Shown in pieces: positions 1 to 9,721 of a stretch of DNA of 64,000 nucleotides. The notes beneath the pieces are model-generated. The model was not told the origin of the DNA. It was given only the letters and a program-made list of their open reading frames with translations, and ran no database searches. The stretch covers positions 1,984,001 through 2,048,000 of the forward strand of contig OZ243972.1 of assembly GCA_965214705.1 (NCBI GenBank). The letters are read 5' to 3'. Every line of letters begins with the position of its first letter. Positions within the stretch are counted from its first letter, which is position 1. The translations under genes were made by a program, and so were the position numbers. Origin of the DNA: Alphaproteobacteria bacterium (GTDB lineage Bacteria; Pseudomonadota; Alphaproteobacteria; UBA828).

Positions 1-78
1 GGCGTCTCGGACATCGCGCACCTTGCGGCGGGGCCGAAGGGCATCGACGCGGCGCTGGGTGAGGCGGATGGTTGGCAT
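1..78 (-). CDS. N-terminus of a tyrosine integrase (arm-binding domain); runs off the window
   Basis: ATG at 78 with GGAG upstream gives MPTIRLTQRRVDALRPRRKVRDVRDA, typical of the 'LTxRxVDALxP' start of phage/ICE integrases. Not in the ORF track. Confidence 0.65.
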   Translation of the reverse strand, partial: MPTIRLTQRRVDALRPRRKVRDVRDA

Positions 79-611
79 GATCGCGCGTCTCCGATCTGTT
101 GCAGCGGGGTGCGGAATGGGCTTGCATTCCGCGCCCGGTGGCACTAGAAACGGATGACTATCGCAATCGAATCAGTCACTTAGCACCGAAGGTGCGTGAG
201 CACGTGTGACACAATGGGACATCACGTCGGTGGCGCCTTTAACTCCCCCCAAGCGGCGCCAGCCGCTTCGCGGCCGAGGACGGGAGCGCAGACCGCGAGC
301 GCGCCGGAGCGGAGGGCCGGGAAGTGGTGCGGCCCGCAGCGAAGCGAGGACACGGTTCCCGGCCTGGAGCGGACAGCGCGTTGCCGAAGGCCGAGCGGTC
401 GAGCACCCGCCCGCAAGGCCGCGACCGCCGGAGGCGGTGGCAAGCGCAGCGCGCAAGGAGCGCAGCGACTGGAGGCGCGAGGGATAGGAGCGGTTATCGG
501 AGCGAGCGCCAGCGAGTGGAGATTCGAGCGGATAGCCCGGTCGCGAAGCGACGCGCCCAGAGTCCCCCACCGCACTCGATGGGCTGCCGATCGGAACTCT
601 GGCATGGCCAC

Positions 612-839
612 TCAACCCCATAGCGGATGCGAGAGGACCAGGCGCTCGGTCACCTCCCGGATCCGGTTGCGGTCATGGACGCGGCAGGGACCGCGCGGGT
701 CTTCGTCGAGATGCACCACGAAATACCGCGCGCCCTCGCGCAGCGGATCGTCGAGCGCGTAGACGTCGCCGACAGGGTCGCCGTCCTGGTAGATGCGGGA
801 TTCGTCCGGAGCGATGCGTCGGAAGGCGATGGCGCTCAT
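612..839 (-). CDS. small hypothetical protein (75 aa)
   Basis: MSAIAFRRIAPDES...; ATG overlaps the upstream stop (ATGA coupling at 836-839). Confidence 0.6.
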   Translation of the reverse strand: MSAIAFRRIAPDESRIYQDGDPVGDVYALDDPLREGARYFVVHLDEDPRGPCRVHDRNRIREVTERLVLSHPLWG

Positions 840-1180
840 GACGCGCCCCCGTCGACCCGCTCCGCCAGTTGCTGCGAGGCCCAGGCCGCCGCCCGCGCGA
901 GCACATCCCCATGACAGGGGAGCGGTTCGCACCAGCAGGCGAGCCAGCAACCGTCGAGCTCGGCGAGCTCCTCCAACGCGATGTCGCCCGCCTGGATGTG
1001 GCGCCACAGGTGCGCGCGGTAGCGGGCGATCACCTCATCCCTCGAACCGTCCTCGCCGATTCTGAACGGATTGCCCCACTTCGTGCGGCGGTCGACCAGC
1101 ACTGTGTTGTTCACGACATGCGCATATTGAAACTCGTCGCGCAGCTCCGGCGCGTGCTTCAGGTTGATGACGGCTCTCAT
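836..1180 (-). CDS. DUF4326 family protein
   Basis: DRRTKWGNPF...LACWCEPLPCHGDVL motifs; GGAGG RBS before ATG 1180. Confidence 0.85.
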   Translation of the reverse strand: MRAVINLKHAPELRDEFQYAHVVNNTVLVDRRTKWGNPFRIGEDGSRDEVIARYRAHLWRHIQAGDIALEELAELDGCWLACWCEPLPCHGDVLARAAAWASQQLAERVDGGAS

Positions 1181-1365
1181 GGACTCCCTCCTCCTTCCGG
1201 GTCGGCTCGCCCGACCCTCCGCTCTTCTCTTCCTCCCCCGATGTCGCGGTCGAGGCAGCGGGGGTTGTCGCACCAGGGCTCCATGCCGAGCGCATCGGCG
1301 GTTTCGCAGTCGTGGCAGTAGTCGTCGCCGGGACCGGGAACCGGGGCGGGTTCGGGTACGTGCAT
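1177..1365 (-). CDS. small Cys-rich hypothetical protein (62 aa)
   Basis: AAAGGAG RBS, CHDC...WCDNPRC, stop overlaps DUF4326 start. Confidence 0.5.
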   Translation of the reverse strand: MHVPEPAPVPGPGDDYCHDCETADALGMEPWCDNPRCLDRDIGGGREERRVGRADPEGGGSP

Positions 1366-1472
1366 CGCGTCGTCTCCTTTGCTGCGCCATTGCCGGGGTC
1401 TCCCGCGACCTCCGGCCTTCCACCCTTCCCCTTCTTTGCCTTGACTCCGGAGACGCGGAAGCGGACGCGCGG

Positions 1473-2274
1473 TTACGCGCGGCCGCGGAACAGCGGCGCG
1501 AAGCGGGCGCGGAGCGCCGCTGAGCCGAGTGCGACCAGATCGTCGTTGAAATCGTTGCCGGCGGGCACGATCACTGTCGCGCCGATGCCGAGCCGCGCGC
1601 AGCGCCGGGCGAGGCGTTCGGCCGCGAGTGCGCCGTCCTCGTCGTTGTCGCGGGCGATCACGAGGTGCGCGAGGTCGAAGGGAGGCGCGAACGCGCCCAG
1701 GCTCCCGGCGGAGAGCGCGGCGGCGGCCGTGATCTCGGGCACGGCGGTGACCAGCGAGAGCACCGTCTCGATGCCCTCGCCGGCGACGAGCGGAGCGAGG
1801 CCGGAAGGGGCGCCGAAGCGCACCGCGAGGCCGTGGATGCGGCCGAGCGCCTTGCGCGGCGCGGCGACGCCCGCCTTGGCGGGTGCGCGCGGATCGAGCC
1901 AGGTGCGCTGCACGCCGGTAATCGCGCCGTCGCCGCCGGTGACGGCGGCGACCAGCGCCGGGAAGCGGCGCACCGACGAGCCTTCGCGATAGCGAAGCTC
2001 GGGATGGAAGCGCAAGGCCGCGAAGCGGCAGCGCGACAGCCCCCGGGCGTGGAGATAACGCTCCGCGTGGCTGCCGTCGATGGCGCGGCAGCGCCGCCAC
2101 AGGCGGCGCGCCGCTTGCGCTCCGTCGTAAGGCGCGTCCGGCGCTGCCGCCGGCGAAGCCGGCAAGGCGAGGAACGAGCGCGCCTCGTCCTGCGCCGCGC
2201 GCAGCGTCGGCGCGTTGATGCGGTAGCGGATGAGGTCGAGCAGGTCGCCGTGCTCGCCCGTGGCCGCATCGGTC
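1473..2274 (-). pseudogene. toprim-domain primase of plasmid/ICE type, 5' end lost
   Basis: TDAATGEHGDLLDLI, AERYLHARG, GVQRTWL, AGEGIETVLS, ARDND, NDFNDDL motifs; the ORF upstream of ~2274 is element-end sequence. Confidence 0.8.
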
Positions 2275-2605
2275 TTATGTGCAGTTGAACATAATGAATT
2301 GGCCTGTATCGGTCGTGCGCAGCAGGACCGATACAGGCATTGAGCTGAGCCGCGCTGCACGGCCGTAGTGCCGGGCTATGGGGAAAGTAACCGCTGGGTG
2401 GGAGCCGATTAGGCCGAAGCGGTGCAACCTGTTGGTGTCGCTGGCGGCGCCGGCACTCTGAATCTCCACTTATCAGGTTGCGACGCGGCTGTGCAGGGGC
2501 TCGCGACGATGTTTCGCCGCCGGGCAGCACGAAGCGGGCGCAGGAGCGGTCGCGGCGCGGCGGCCGGGGGGACTGTTGTCGGACCTTGTCGGTTCTGACG
2601 CATCG

Positions 2606-3826
2606 TCACGGCGGTCGGGTATTCGTCGCCCGCATGGCTGCTTGGGGCTGCGGCTCAAGAATGACGGTTTGCCGCAGCGTTGCCTCGCCGCACTGGCGGC
2701 ACACGGTGATGTCGATCCCCGTCAGTCGCAGCATCATCTGCTGCGTCGTTTCCGGCTCCCGCGGTTCAGGGGCAGGCTGGCCGAGCAGGTCTCGGCAGCG
2801 GGCGAGCTTGCGAGCCCGGCAGCGATTGGCGAGCAAGCCGTAGTGGCGCAGGCGGGTGAAGCCGCGCGGGAGGACGTGCAGGAGGAAGCGGCGGATGAAC
2901 TCGTCGACGTCGAGACGCATCACCTTGACCTTGTTGCCGTCAGCGTAGTCGCGCCAACGGAAGCGAACGTGCTCGCCGTCGAAGTCGACGAGGCGATGAT
3001 TGGCGATGGCAGCCTTGTGGGTGTAGCGCCCGAGATAGGCCAGAACGTGCCCGGCGCCGGCGAACGGGGCCTTGGTGTAGACCACCCAGTCGTTCGACCG
3101 CAGCGCGGTCTTCAGACACTCGAACTCGCGGCTGTCGTCACCACCGCCGACGACCTTGAGCCGGAGTTCGCCGTCGCGGTGCGCGGCGCCGAGGAAGTCG
3201 AGATACTTGCCGCGGAAGACCTTCGAGAGCGCGACCGTGGGGAACAGGAAGCCCTTGCGCGCGGGAGTGAGCCAGCGCTCTCTGTCCGGGCTCAGACCGC
3301 CGTCGGTGACGATACAGTGGACATGGATGTGCTGTCCCAGATTCTGCCCCCAAGTGTGCAGCACCATGGTGATGCCGAGCTCGCCGCCGAGCCAGCGGGG
3401 ATTGCGGCCGAACTCGAGCAGGGTCTGGGAGGCGGCCTTGAAGAGCAGCCTGTAGATGAGCGCGGCATTGCCCTGGGCCACGGGGTTGAGCTCGTGGGGC
3501 AGGGTGAACACGACATGCCAGTAGTCGATGTCGAGCAGATCGGCGCACTGACGCTCAACCCACCTGGTCTGCGAGAGGGTCTGGCACTTGGGGCAATGAC
3601 GGTTCCGGCACGAGGCGTACTGGATCGTCACCGCCCCGCAGTGATCGCATTCTGCCTTGAACCCGCCGAGCACAGCGGTGCGGCAGTTCACCAGCGCGTC
3701 GACGACCCTCTGCTGCTGGGCCGAGAGCAGATGTGTCTCGCCATAGGCGTCGCCGCGCTCGCGCAGGATGTCCGCGACCTCCAGCGCCGGCCGTGTGGCT
3801 GGCGCCGCGTGGCCGACATGAGCCAC
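2606..3826 (-). CDS. IS91-family transposase
   Basis: CRTAVLGG, SCRNRHCPKCQ Zn domain, HIHVH HUH motif, YLGRY (YxxxY), RLRHYGLLAN. Confidence 0.95.
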   Translation of the reverse strand: MAHVGHAAPATRPALEVADILRERGDAYGETHLLSAQQQRVVDALVNCRTAVLGGFKAECDHCGAVTIQYASCRNRHCPKCQTLSQTRWVERQCADLLDIDYWHVVFTLPHELNPVAQGNAALIYRLLFKAASQTLLEFGRNPRWLGGELGITMVLHTWGQNLGQHIHVHCIVTDGGLSPDRERWLTPARKGFLFPTVALSKVFRGKYLDFLGAAHRDGELRLKVVGGGDDSREFECLKTALRSNDWVVYTKAPFAGAGHVLAYLGRYTHKAAIANHRLVDFDGEHVRFRWRDYADGNKVKVMRLDVDEFIRRFLLHVLPRGFTRLRHYGLLANRCRARKLARCRDLLGQPAPEPREPETTQQMMLRLTGIDITVCRQCGEATLRQTVILEPQPQAAMRATNTRPP

Positions 3827-3829
3827 CGG

Positions 3830-4684
3830 TCAGGCCTGGGCAGGACGCGGAAACTCCAGCAGGTCCAGGGGCGACGGCGTGGCGGACGTCTTGTCGTGAG
3901 CAAGGTGAAGGTAGCGCATGGTCGAGCGGATTGAGGTGTGCCCGAGGCGGCGTTGGATGACATGCAGCTCGACGCCGGCCTCGAGGAGCCCGGTGGCGTA
4001 GCAATGGCGCAGCGTGTGGATCCCGCCGGGCTTGGCGATCCCGGCTTTGTCCTTGGCTCGATCGTAAACGTGTGCTGGCCCATGGCGCGTCATCGGCCGG
4101 CCGGGAATCCGACCGGGGAACAGCCAGTGCTCGGGCCGTACCCGCTGCCAGTACTCGCGCAGCTCGTCGAGCAGCCGGGGCGAGAGCGGGACGTAGCGGT
4201 CCTTGTTGCCCTTGCCCTGATCGACGCGCAGGCACATCCGCTGTGAGTCGATATCGCTGATCTGCAACCGGCCGAGCTCGCTCGCCCGAAGCCCCGCTGC
4301 ATAGGCCGTCATCAGCAAGGCGCGGTGCTTGCGGTTGATGGTGACGCTGAACAGCCGCACCAGTTCGTCTTGGTTGAGCAGTACGGGCAGGGTGGAAGGC
4401 GTCTTGGCGAAGGGCAGATAGAAGTGCGGCTCGGGCAAGCCCAGCGTGATGCGATAGAGGAAGCGGATCCCTTGGCGAGCGCTGTTGCAGCTCTGCCAAG
4501 CCAGCCCCCGCTCTTCGTGAAGAAAGATGAGGTACTCCTGGACTTCCTCCGCTGAGATGTGCTCGGGGCTGCGACCGTAGTGAACCGCGAGCCCGGAGAC
4601 CGAGTTGAGGTAGGACTTCCTGGTGTTCTCGGCGAAGCCGCGAACCGTCATGTCGTTGATCATGCGCTGGCGAAGTGCCGTCAT
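3830..4684 (-). CDS. tyrosine recombinase/integrase
   Basis: GLRASE, GKGNKDR, HTLRH, LGH, TMRY catalytic residues. Confidence 0.95.
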   Translation of the reverse strand: MTALRQRMINDMTVRGFAENTRKSYLNSVSGLAVHYGRSPEHISAEEVQEYLIFLHEERGLAWQSCNSARQGIRFLYRITLGLPEPHFYLPFAKTPSTLPVLLNQDELVRLFSVTINRKHRALLMTAYAAGLRASELGRLQISDIDSQRMCLRVDQGKGNKDRYVPLSPRLLDELREYWQRVRPEHWLFPGRIPGRPMTRHGPAHVYDRAKDKAGIAKPGGIHTLRHCYATGLLEAGVELHVIQRRLGHTSIRSTMRYLHLAHDKTSATPSPLDLLEFPRPAQA

Positions 4685-4890
4685 GGGGCGTCTCCCTCTG
4701 GGTTTGGTCTGTCACGAAGACACGCCCATGCTCTTGCTCGCCGGCTTGGCGGTCGACGACCATCGATCAACGAGGGAGAAACAGGATTCGACCCTGCGCC
4801 CAGACGCTGGAGCGAACGGCCACACTCAACTTACGCGCGGCAAGGAGATCACTCTGGGCACCCGGCGGCCGAGGCGCCCCGCCGCGGAAC

Positions 4891-4964
4891 GCGGCTCAGT
4901 TCAAGGTTAAGGGTTGGGCAGGCTCTCTCTCGAGAGCCTGCCCAACCCTTTTGAACGAAGCCGC
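4891..4964. repeat. long imperfect palindrome at the junction of elements A and B
   Basis: 19-bp perfect stem 4909-4927/4932-4950 with TCTC loop, extended by GCGGCTCAGTTCAA/TTGAACGAAGCCGC. Confidence 0.9.
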
Positions 4965-5212
4965 GGGCCACGAGAGGCGAAGTTGAGCTATGTGGAAAGT
5001 GCGCTGATGTCAGCGTCAGGCGGCATCCACCGGCAGCAGAGTTGCGCATAAAATCGACGCTCGCGCCGGTCTTTCGGCAGGCATGCGGGCGCACGCTGCG
5101 AGGACTGAGCGGGGTGTGAGCCGAGGGCTGTCAGCCCGGCTCAAGCGGAGACAGGTTCGGTCGTGCGTCGGCGCTTTGGCGCCGTTGCGCGGGGCCGAAG
5201 CGAGCGGGCGTC

Positions 5213-6454
5213 TCACGGTTTCCCCCTGTGGGTCGGCGGCAGCGCCGGCGGGCCGCGCGTCGAGCGGGGCTCATGGCGGCGGCGGATTTCGCGGACGAGG
5301 CGCATGACGCCGCCGCAGTGGGGGCAGGCCACGGGCGCGGTGCCGATCTCGGGCTCTTCGTCGGGCTCGGCCTGAGCGCCGTCCACGCTTCCCTCGGGGG
5401 CGGCGCAGCCGAGGGCGCCGAGAGCCTGGCGTGCTCTCTCCAGCGTGCTGGCGCGGCAGCCGTTGGCGAGGATGCCGAAGTAGCGAATGCGGTGCATGCC
5501 GTCCGGCAGGACGTGCCTCAGGAAGCGGCGGATGAACTCGTCGGCGCTCACGGTGGCGATGCCGTAGCGCGGCTTTCTCTGCCCCGGCGCCTTGGGCTTT
5601 CGGTGGCGGAAGGAGACCGTCTCGCCGTCGAAGGAGACGATGCGGCTGTCGGAGATGGCGATCCTGTGCGTGTAGTGCGAGAGGTACCGGAAGACCTGCT
5701 CAGGCCCGCGGAAGGGCCGCTTGGCGTAGACCACCCAGTCCCTGGCCCGGGCGGCGGCAAGCGTGGCGTGGAACTCGCCGGGATTGGCGAGGTGGGCGAG
5801 GGTGCCGTGGAACTCCAGGTCCCCCCGGCCGTGGGCGCGGGCGAGCTCCTCGAGGAAGAGGCGGCGGAACAGGCTGCCGAGGACCTTGACGGGGGCGAGG
5901 AAGGTGGTGCTCCCCGTCTTCCACTCGCCACTGTCTACGTCGAAGCCCGCGTTGGGCACGACCACGTGCAGGTGCGGGTGGAAGCGGAGCTTCTGATCCC
6001 AGGTATGGAGGACCGCGGTGCCGCCGATGCGCATGCCGCCGTGGCGGGGATCGGCGGCGATGGTGCGCAGGGTCTCGGCGACGGCCCGGAAGAGGATGTC
6101 GAACACCACCCTGCGGTTGCAGAAGGCAATGGCGGCAACCTCCTTGGGCAGGGTGAAGACCACATGGAAGTAGGGCACCGGCAGGATGTCCCCGGCGCGC
6201 TCCTCGCTCCAGAGGTTGGCGGCGAGACCCTGGCAGGTGGGGCAGTGGCGGTTGCGGCAGGAGTTGAAGAGCGGATGCTCGCGCCCGCAGCCCTCGCAGG
6301 CGTACATGTGGCCGCCGAGCACGGCGGTGCGGCACGCCTCGATGGCGCCCATGACCTTGAGCCGGGCGGCGTCGATGCGCCCTTTGTGGCGCTCACGGAA
6401 AGCGGCGCCGGCGCGGCGGAAGATCTCCGCCACGCCCGCGCGTTCGGCCTCCAC
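5213..6454 (-). CDS. IS91-family transposase
   Basis: SCRNRHCPTCQ, HPHLH, YLSHY, RIRYFGILAN, C-terminal CPHC. Confidence 0.95.
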   Translation of the reverse strand: MEAERAGVAEIFRRAGAAFRERHKGRIDAARLKVMGAIEACRTAVLGGHMYACEGCGREHPLFNSCRNRHCPTCQGLAANLWSEERAGDILPVPYFHVVFTLPKEVAAIAFCNRRVVFDILFRAVAETLRTIAADPRHGGMRIGGTAVLHTWDQKLRFHPHLHVVVPNAGFDVDSGEWKTGSTTFLAPVKVLGSLFRRLFLEELARAHGRGDLEFHGTLAHLANPGEFHATLAAARARDWVVYAKRPFRGPEQVFRYLSHYTHRIAISDSRIVSFDGETVSFRHRKPKAPGQRKPRYGIATVSADEFIRRFLRHVLPDGMHRIRYFGILANGCRASTLERARQALGALGCAAPEGSVDGAQAEPDEEPEIGTAPVACPHCGGVMRLVREIRRRHEPRSTRGPPALPPTHRGKP

Positions 6455-6460
6455 GCGCCG

Positions 6461-7339
6461 TCAGTTGCGCAACGCTGCGAAGCCTGAGATCGGGTGGTCG
6501 AGGCCCTCGAACATCTTGCCGGTGACGCGGGCGTAGTGACGGGTCGTGTTCGCGCTTCGATGGCCGAGCATGTCCCGGATCACCTCGATATCGCCGCCGC
6601 GCTCGAGGAGATGGGTCGCCGCCGAATGGCGCAGGCAATGGAAGGTGTAGCTGCGGTCGAGCTCGGCAATGTCGCGCGCCCTCCTGAAGGCGGCCTGCAA
6701 GGTCTCCGTTGCGATGGGCCTGTCGAGCGAGACGCCGTAGAAGAGCCAGCTCGTCGGACGCGGCCAGATGTTCCTGTAGTAGACGCGCAAGTAGTGGATG
6801 ACGATGTCCGGCAACGGTGCCATTCTCTCGGTGCCGCCTTTGCCGGAGGGGATGTGCAGCAGCTTCTTCTCCGACAGGATGTCGCCGACCTTGATGGCCA
6901 AGGTCTCGGAGATGCGGAGCCCGCCGCCATAGCCGGTGACAATGGCAGCACGGTGGCGGAGGTCGGGTGTCGCAAGGATGAGGTGCTCGACCTCCTGCTC
7001 CGACATGTAGCGCGGCAGCTTGCCGGGCTTCTTGCGGGAGCGCAGGCCGGCGACATGGTCAGGCCAGCCGAGTGTGTCGATGTAGAGGAAGTTCAGCGCG
7101 GCGAAGGAGACGTTGGTCGTGCCCGGACTGAGCCCCTTGTCGATCCGCCCCAGGTACCACTGGCGCACCTGCTCGGCGTCGAGCTCGTCCGGCGAGGCGT
7201 CGTAGTACCTGGCCAGGTTCTTGATCTCGCAGATGTAGGCCTTGGACGTGCTCGCGGCCAGATTGGCGATGCGGAGCTGCTCCTCCATGCGCTGGCGAAG
7301 AGGGGTGACGGTGTTCGTGTCGCACGCGGTCCCGGTCAT
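6461..7339 (-). CDS. tyrosine recombinase/integrase
   Basis: TPLRQRM start, GLRISE, GKGGTER, HCLRH, LGH, TRHY; GGAG RBS before ATG 7339. Confidence 0.93.
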   Translation of the reverse strand: MTGTACDTNTVTPLRQRMEEQLRIANLAASTSKAYICEIKNLARYYDASPDELDAEQVRQWYLGRIDKGLSPGTTNVSFAALNFLYIDTLGWPDHVAGLRSRKKPGKLPRYMSEQEVEHLILATPDLRHRAAIVTGYGGGLRISETLAIKVGDILSEKKLLHIPSGKGGTERMAPLPDIVIHYLRVYYRNIWPRPTSWLFYGVSLDRPIATETLQAAFRRARDIAELDRSYTFHCLRHSAATHLLERGGDIEVIRDMLGHRSANTTRHYARVTGKMFEGLDHPISGFAALRN

Positions 7340-7570
7340 TATCGATCTCCCTGGATCGCGACGGCGCGCCGCCGGACCGATCCGGCGACGGTCCGTCGCA
7401 GGGGTCGATGCTAACCACTGGTGATCGGGAGGCTGCTGGGGATCCGCCACCCGACGGGCGGAGCGCCACTGACGCAACCGGGAAGCGAACGCACAGAACA
7501 AACGGCACCCGCGACGCCTCGGAAATGAATGAACTCTACGCCGCTAACTCCGCGTAGCGGCTTCGTTCAA

Positions 7571-8134
7571 ATCTCCGATGGTCAGCGGCGGCGTCCCGCC
7601 ATCGCCCTCTTGTCGCGCCACGAACCAACTCAGCTGGCTCTCCTGTGGGTAGGTCGGAAACCAGAACGAGTCGGCCAACACGTTTGCCCGCCAATACTGC
7701 AGTTCGAAGCCGTCTGCGCAGGGCTGCAAGTGAAGCCCATCCGCCTTTCGCGCGTAGAACACCGTCTCGGGCAGCGTTCGAAGACGTGCCGAGATGCGCG
7801 CTCGTGCTTTTGGAAACAGCGTGGAGAAGCGCTCGCGGGCCGACGCGATCTTGTCATTGTCCCAGAACCAAACCATGGCCACGCCGCCGGACCACACGGC
7901 GTGATGGCCGGTGTGCTCGAAGGGACTCCAGACCGGAAGCTTGAACTCCAGTGCCGCGCGGCGCCGGCTGCGGGGAACGGCACTGAAGTCCTCGCAGCGA
8001 AACATGCAAAGCCCCCGGCCCACGATCCAGTTGGGCGTGGACGACCGCAAGGGCAGCCGGCGGGCGCCGGCCTGGGTCTGGATCGCGTTCGGTCTACCGA
8101 AGAAGAGGCGTCGCAGCTTCGAGAGGAGGATCAC
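7571..8134 (-). pseudogene. GspL-like T2SS accessory protein, 3'-truncated by element B
   Basis: Directly follows gspK; reading frame runs into the element-B terminal repeat at 7570; no TM segment reached. Confidence 0.55.
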
Positions 8135-9134
8135 TGGGAATGCCTGAATCTTCGCGCTGGGGAGCAGGTTCCGAATACCGGTAATCTTTTCGCCACGGGG
8201 CTATGTCGCCGAACGGCGTCAATTCGATGCCGACAACCGAGCGCGGGCCCACGGTCTCATGCCAGACCGCCAACTTCATGAAATTCGACGGTAACACGGC
8301 CACTTCCATTTCGTCGATGTCCAGATGTTTCCCGCTCAGCATCGCAAGCTGGGTCCGCCGAGACAGCGGCCCCTTTTTCCGTTCCTCCAGAACGCCGCGA
8401 ACGCCGTACGCGTCAAGCTCAAGTACAGCCGCCAGGATCTCGGGATGCATCGTGTTGAAATTGTAGTTGGACACGGGACGCATCGTGAGCAACGGCCGCA
8501 GCTGCGGCCAGCTTTGAGGAGGAATCAAATCCTCGACACCAAGAACCTCACCCAGCTCCATTGGGCTCGACATGATCCAATTGAGCGGTGGCGCTTTGCC
8601 TTGGCGCCGGTAATCGTGATGTTCCGCGCCACCCACATTGATGGCGTCGTCGGTGTCGATGTAGTCGTCGATCCGGGCGATGACCTGGCGTGTATCCTCT
8701 TCGGCAAGCCCGATGCGTTCCAGAAAGGCCGCGAATGGTGGAAAGCGTGGCGCGTTGACCGAAATCAGTCCGCCCTCGTCCTGGATGGAGAAGCGGGTTT
8801 CTCCAAGGCCGGCATAGGCGGCGCCGGTGACCTGCAACTCTCCTCGAACGTTGAAAGGAGACGGCGTCTGGTTGCGCCTCGGATCGAAGAACTGCTGCTC
8901 CTCTTCCAGGATCAGAGCGTGATGGTTCATGCGTCCGGTGGCGAGAAGGTAGATCAACGTCGACTCCGTACTGCGCCGTTCGAGTTCGGCCTGGAAGGCA
9001 CGCTTTTCTTCGATGGCGTGGTCGACGTCGGTCGCCACCACATGGTTGATATAGGTGGCGAGCAGCCCGAGCGCTGCCAGCGCCCATAGCGTGACGACCA
9101 GCACGAAACCGTTCGCGTTTGCGCGACCGACCAT
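8094..9134 (-). CDS. gspK: type II secretion minor pseudopilin GspK
   Basis: GFVLVVTLW, IQDEGGLISVN, DYIDTDD, ELGEVLG. Confidence 0.9.
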   Translation of the reverse strand: MVGRANANGFVLVVTLWALAALGLLATYINHVVATDVDHAIEEKRAFQAELERRSTESTLIYLLATGRMNHHALILEEEQQFFDPRRNQTPSPFNVRGELQVTGAAYAGLGETRFSIQDEGGLISVNAPRFPPFAAFLERIGLAEEDTRQVIARIDDYIDTDDAINVGGAEHHDYRRQGKAPPLNWIMSSPMELGEVLGVEDLIPPQSWPQLRPLLTMRPVSNYNFNTMHPEILAAVLELDAYGVRGVLEERKKGPLSRRTQLAMLSGKHLDIDEMEVAVLPSNFMKLAVWHETVGPRSVVGIELTPFGDIAPWRKDYRYSEPAPQREDSGIPSDPPLEAATPLLR

Positions 9135-9721
9135 CAGAATTCCTCCCGGTAGTTGGGGACCGGCTCGGGGTAGAGGTCGAAGTGCGCGAGCCAGAGGGTC
9201 CGGCCGTCGGCCGACAACAGGCGGACCATGCGCGGGATGTGCTCCCGGCTCCCCTCTATCGGCCACCGCTCGAGCCACTGCCTCGATGAATCGGCATACT
9301 GAAAGCTGAGCCCGCTGCCTTGCTCGCCGAGAATGGTCCAGGGCTCCGCGCCGTATTCGCTATAGAGGACGCGGCCGCCCTCGATGGACCAGCGAACGTG
9401 CAGCGGCCGGCCGGCCGCGGCGGCCAGCGGCTGCAGAGTGACGCCCTCGAAGAACGTGCCGTCGCCGACGAAGCGTCTCGCTTCCTGTCGGGATGGCAGG
9501 ATGGCCTCGACGGTCGAGGCGAACCAATGATCTCGGAGATCGGCATGGGCCGCCTCGCGGTGAACGCGCTTCACCGTTGCGAACTGGCCGAGGAAGAAAC
9601 CCGTACCTTGGATCACGAGAGTGCCCAGGAGCGAGACCAGAACCAGGACGACGAGCATTTCCACCATGGTCAGCCCCCGGGGCGCAGCCTGGGTTGTCCT
9701 CCTTCGGCGGCGACGCGTCAC
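9134..9721 (-). CDS. gspJ: pseudopilin GspJ-like
   Basis: GLTMVEMLVVL prepilin motif; position between gspI and gspK. Confidence 0.75.
   Translation of the reverse strand: MTRRRRRRTTQAAPRGLTMVEMLVVLVLVSLLGTLVIQGTGFFLGQFATVKRVHREAAHADLRDHWFASTVEAILPSRQEARRFVGDGTFFEGVTLQPLAAAAGRPLHVRWSIEGGRVLYSEYGAEPWTILGEQGSGLSFQYADSSRQWLERWPIEGSREHIPRMVRLLSADGRTLWLAHFDLYPEPVPNYREEF

Larger units (their letters stand above)
2280..4904 (-). mobile_element. IS91-like element A (tyrosine recombinase + Y2 HUH transposase)
   Basis: Two-gene cassette; inverted 14-mers TTGAGCTGAGCCGC (2340-2353) / GCGGCTCAGTTCAA (4891-4904); 13-bp hairpin 2302-2338; downstream end approximate. Confidence 0.8.
4905..7570 (-). mobile_element. 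IS91-like element B (tyrosine recombinase + Y2 HUH transposase)
   Basis: Perfect inverted repeat TTGAACGAAGCCGC (4951-4964) / GCGGCTTCGTTCAA (7557-7570); end fixed by homology with the remnant at 27665. Confidence 0.85.

Noticed and set aside
3830-7339. Integron integrases with a cassette array
   Set aside because: No IntI-specific insertion between the catalytic K and HxxR, no attC array, and each is coupled to an IS91 transposase.
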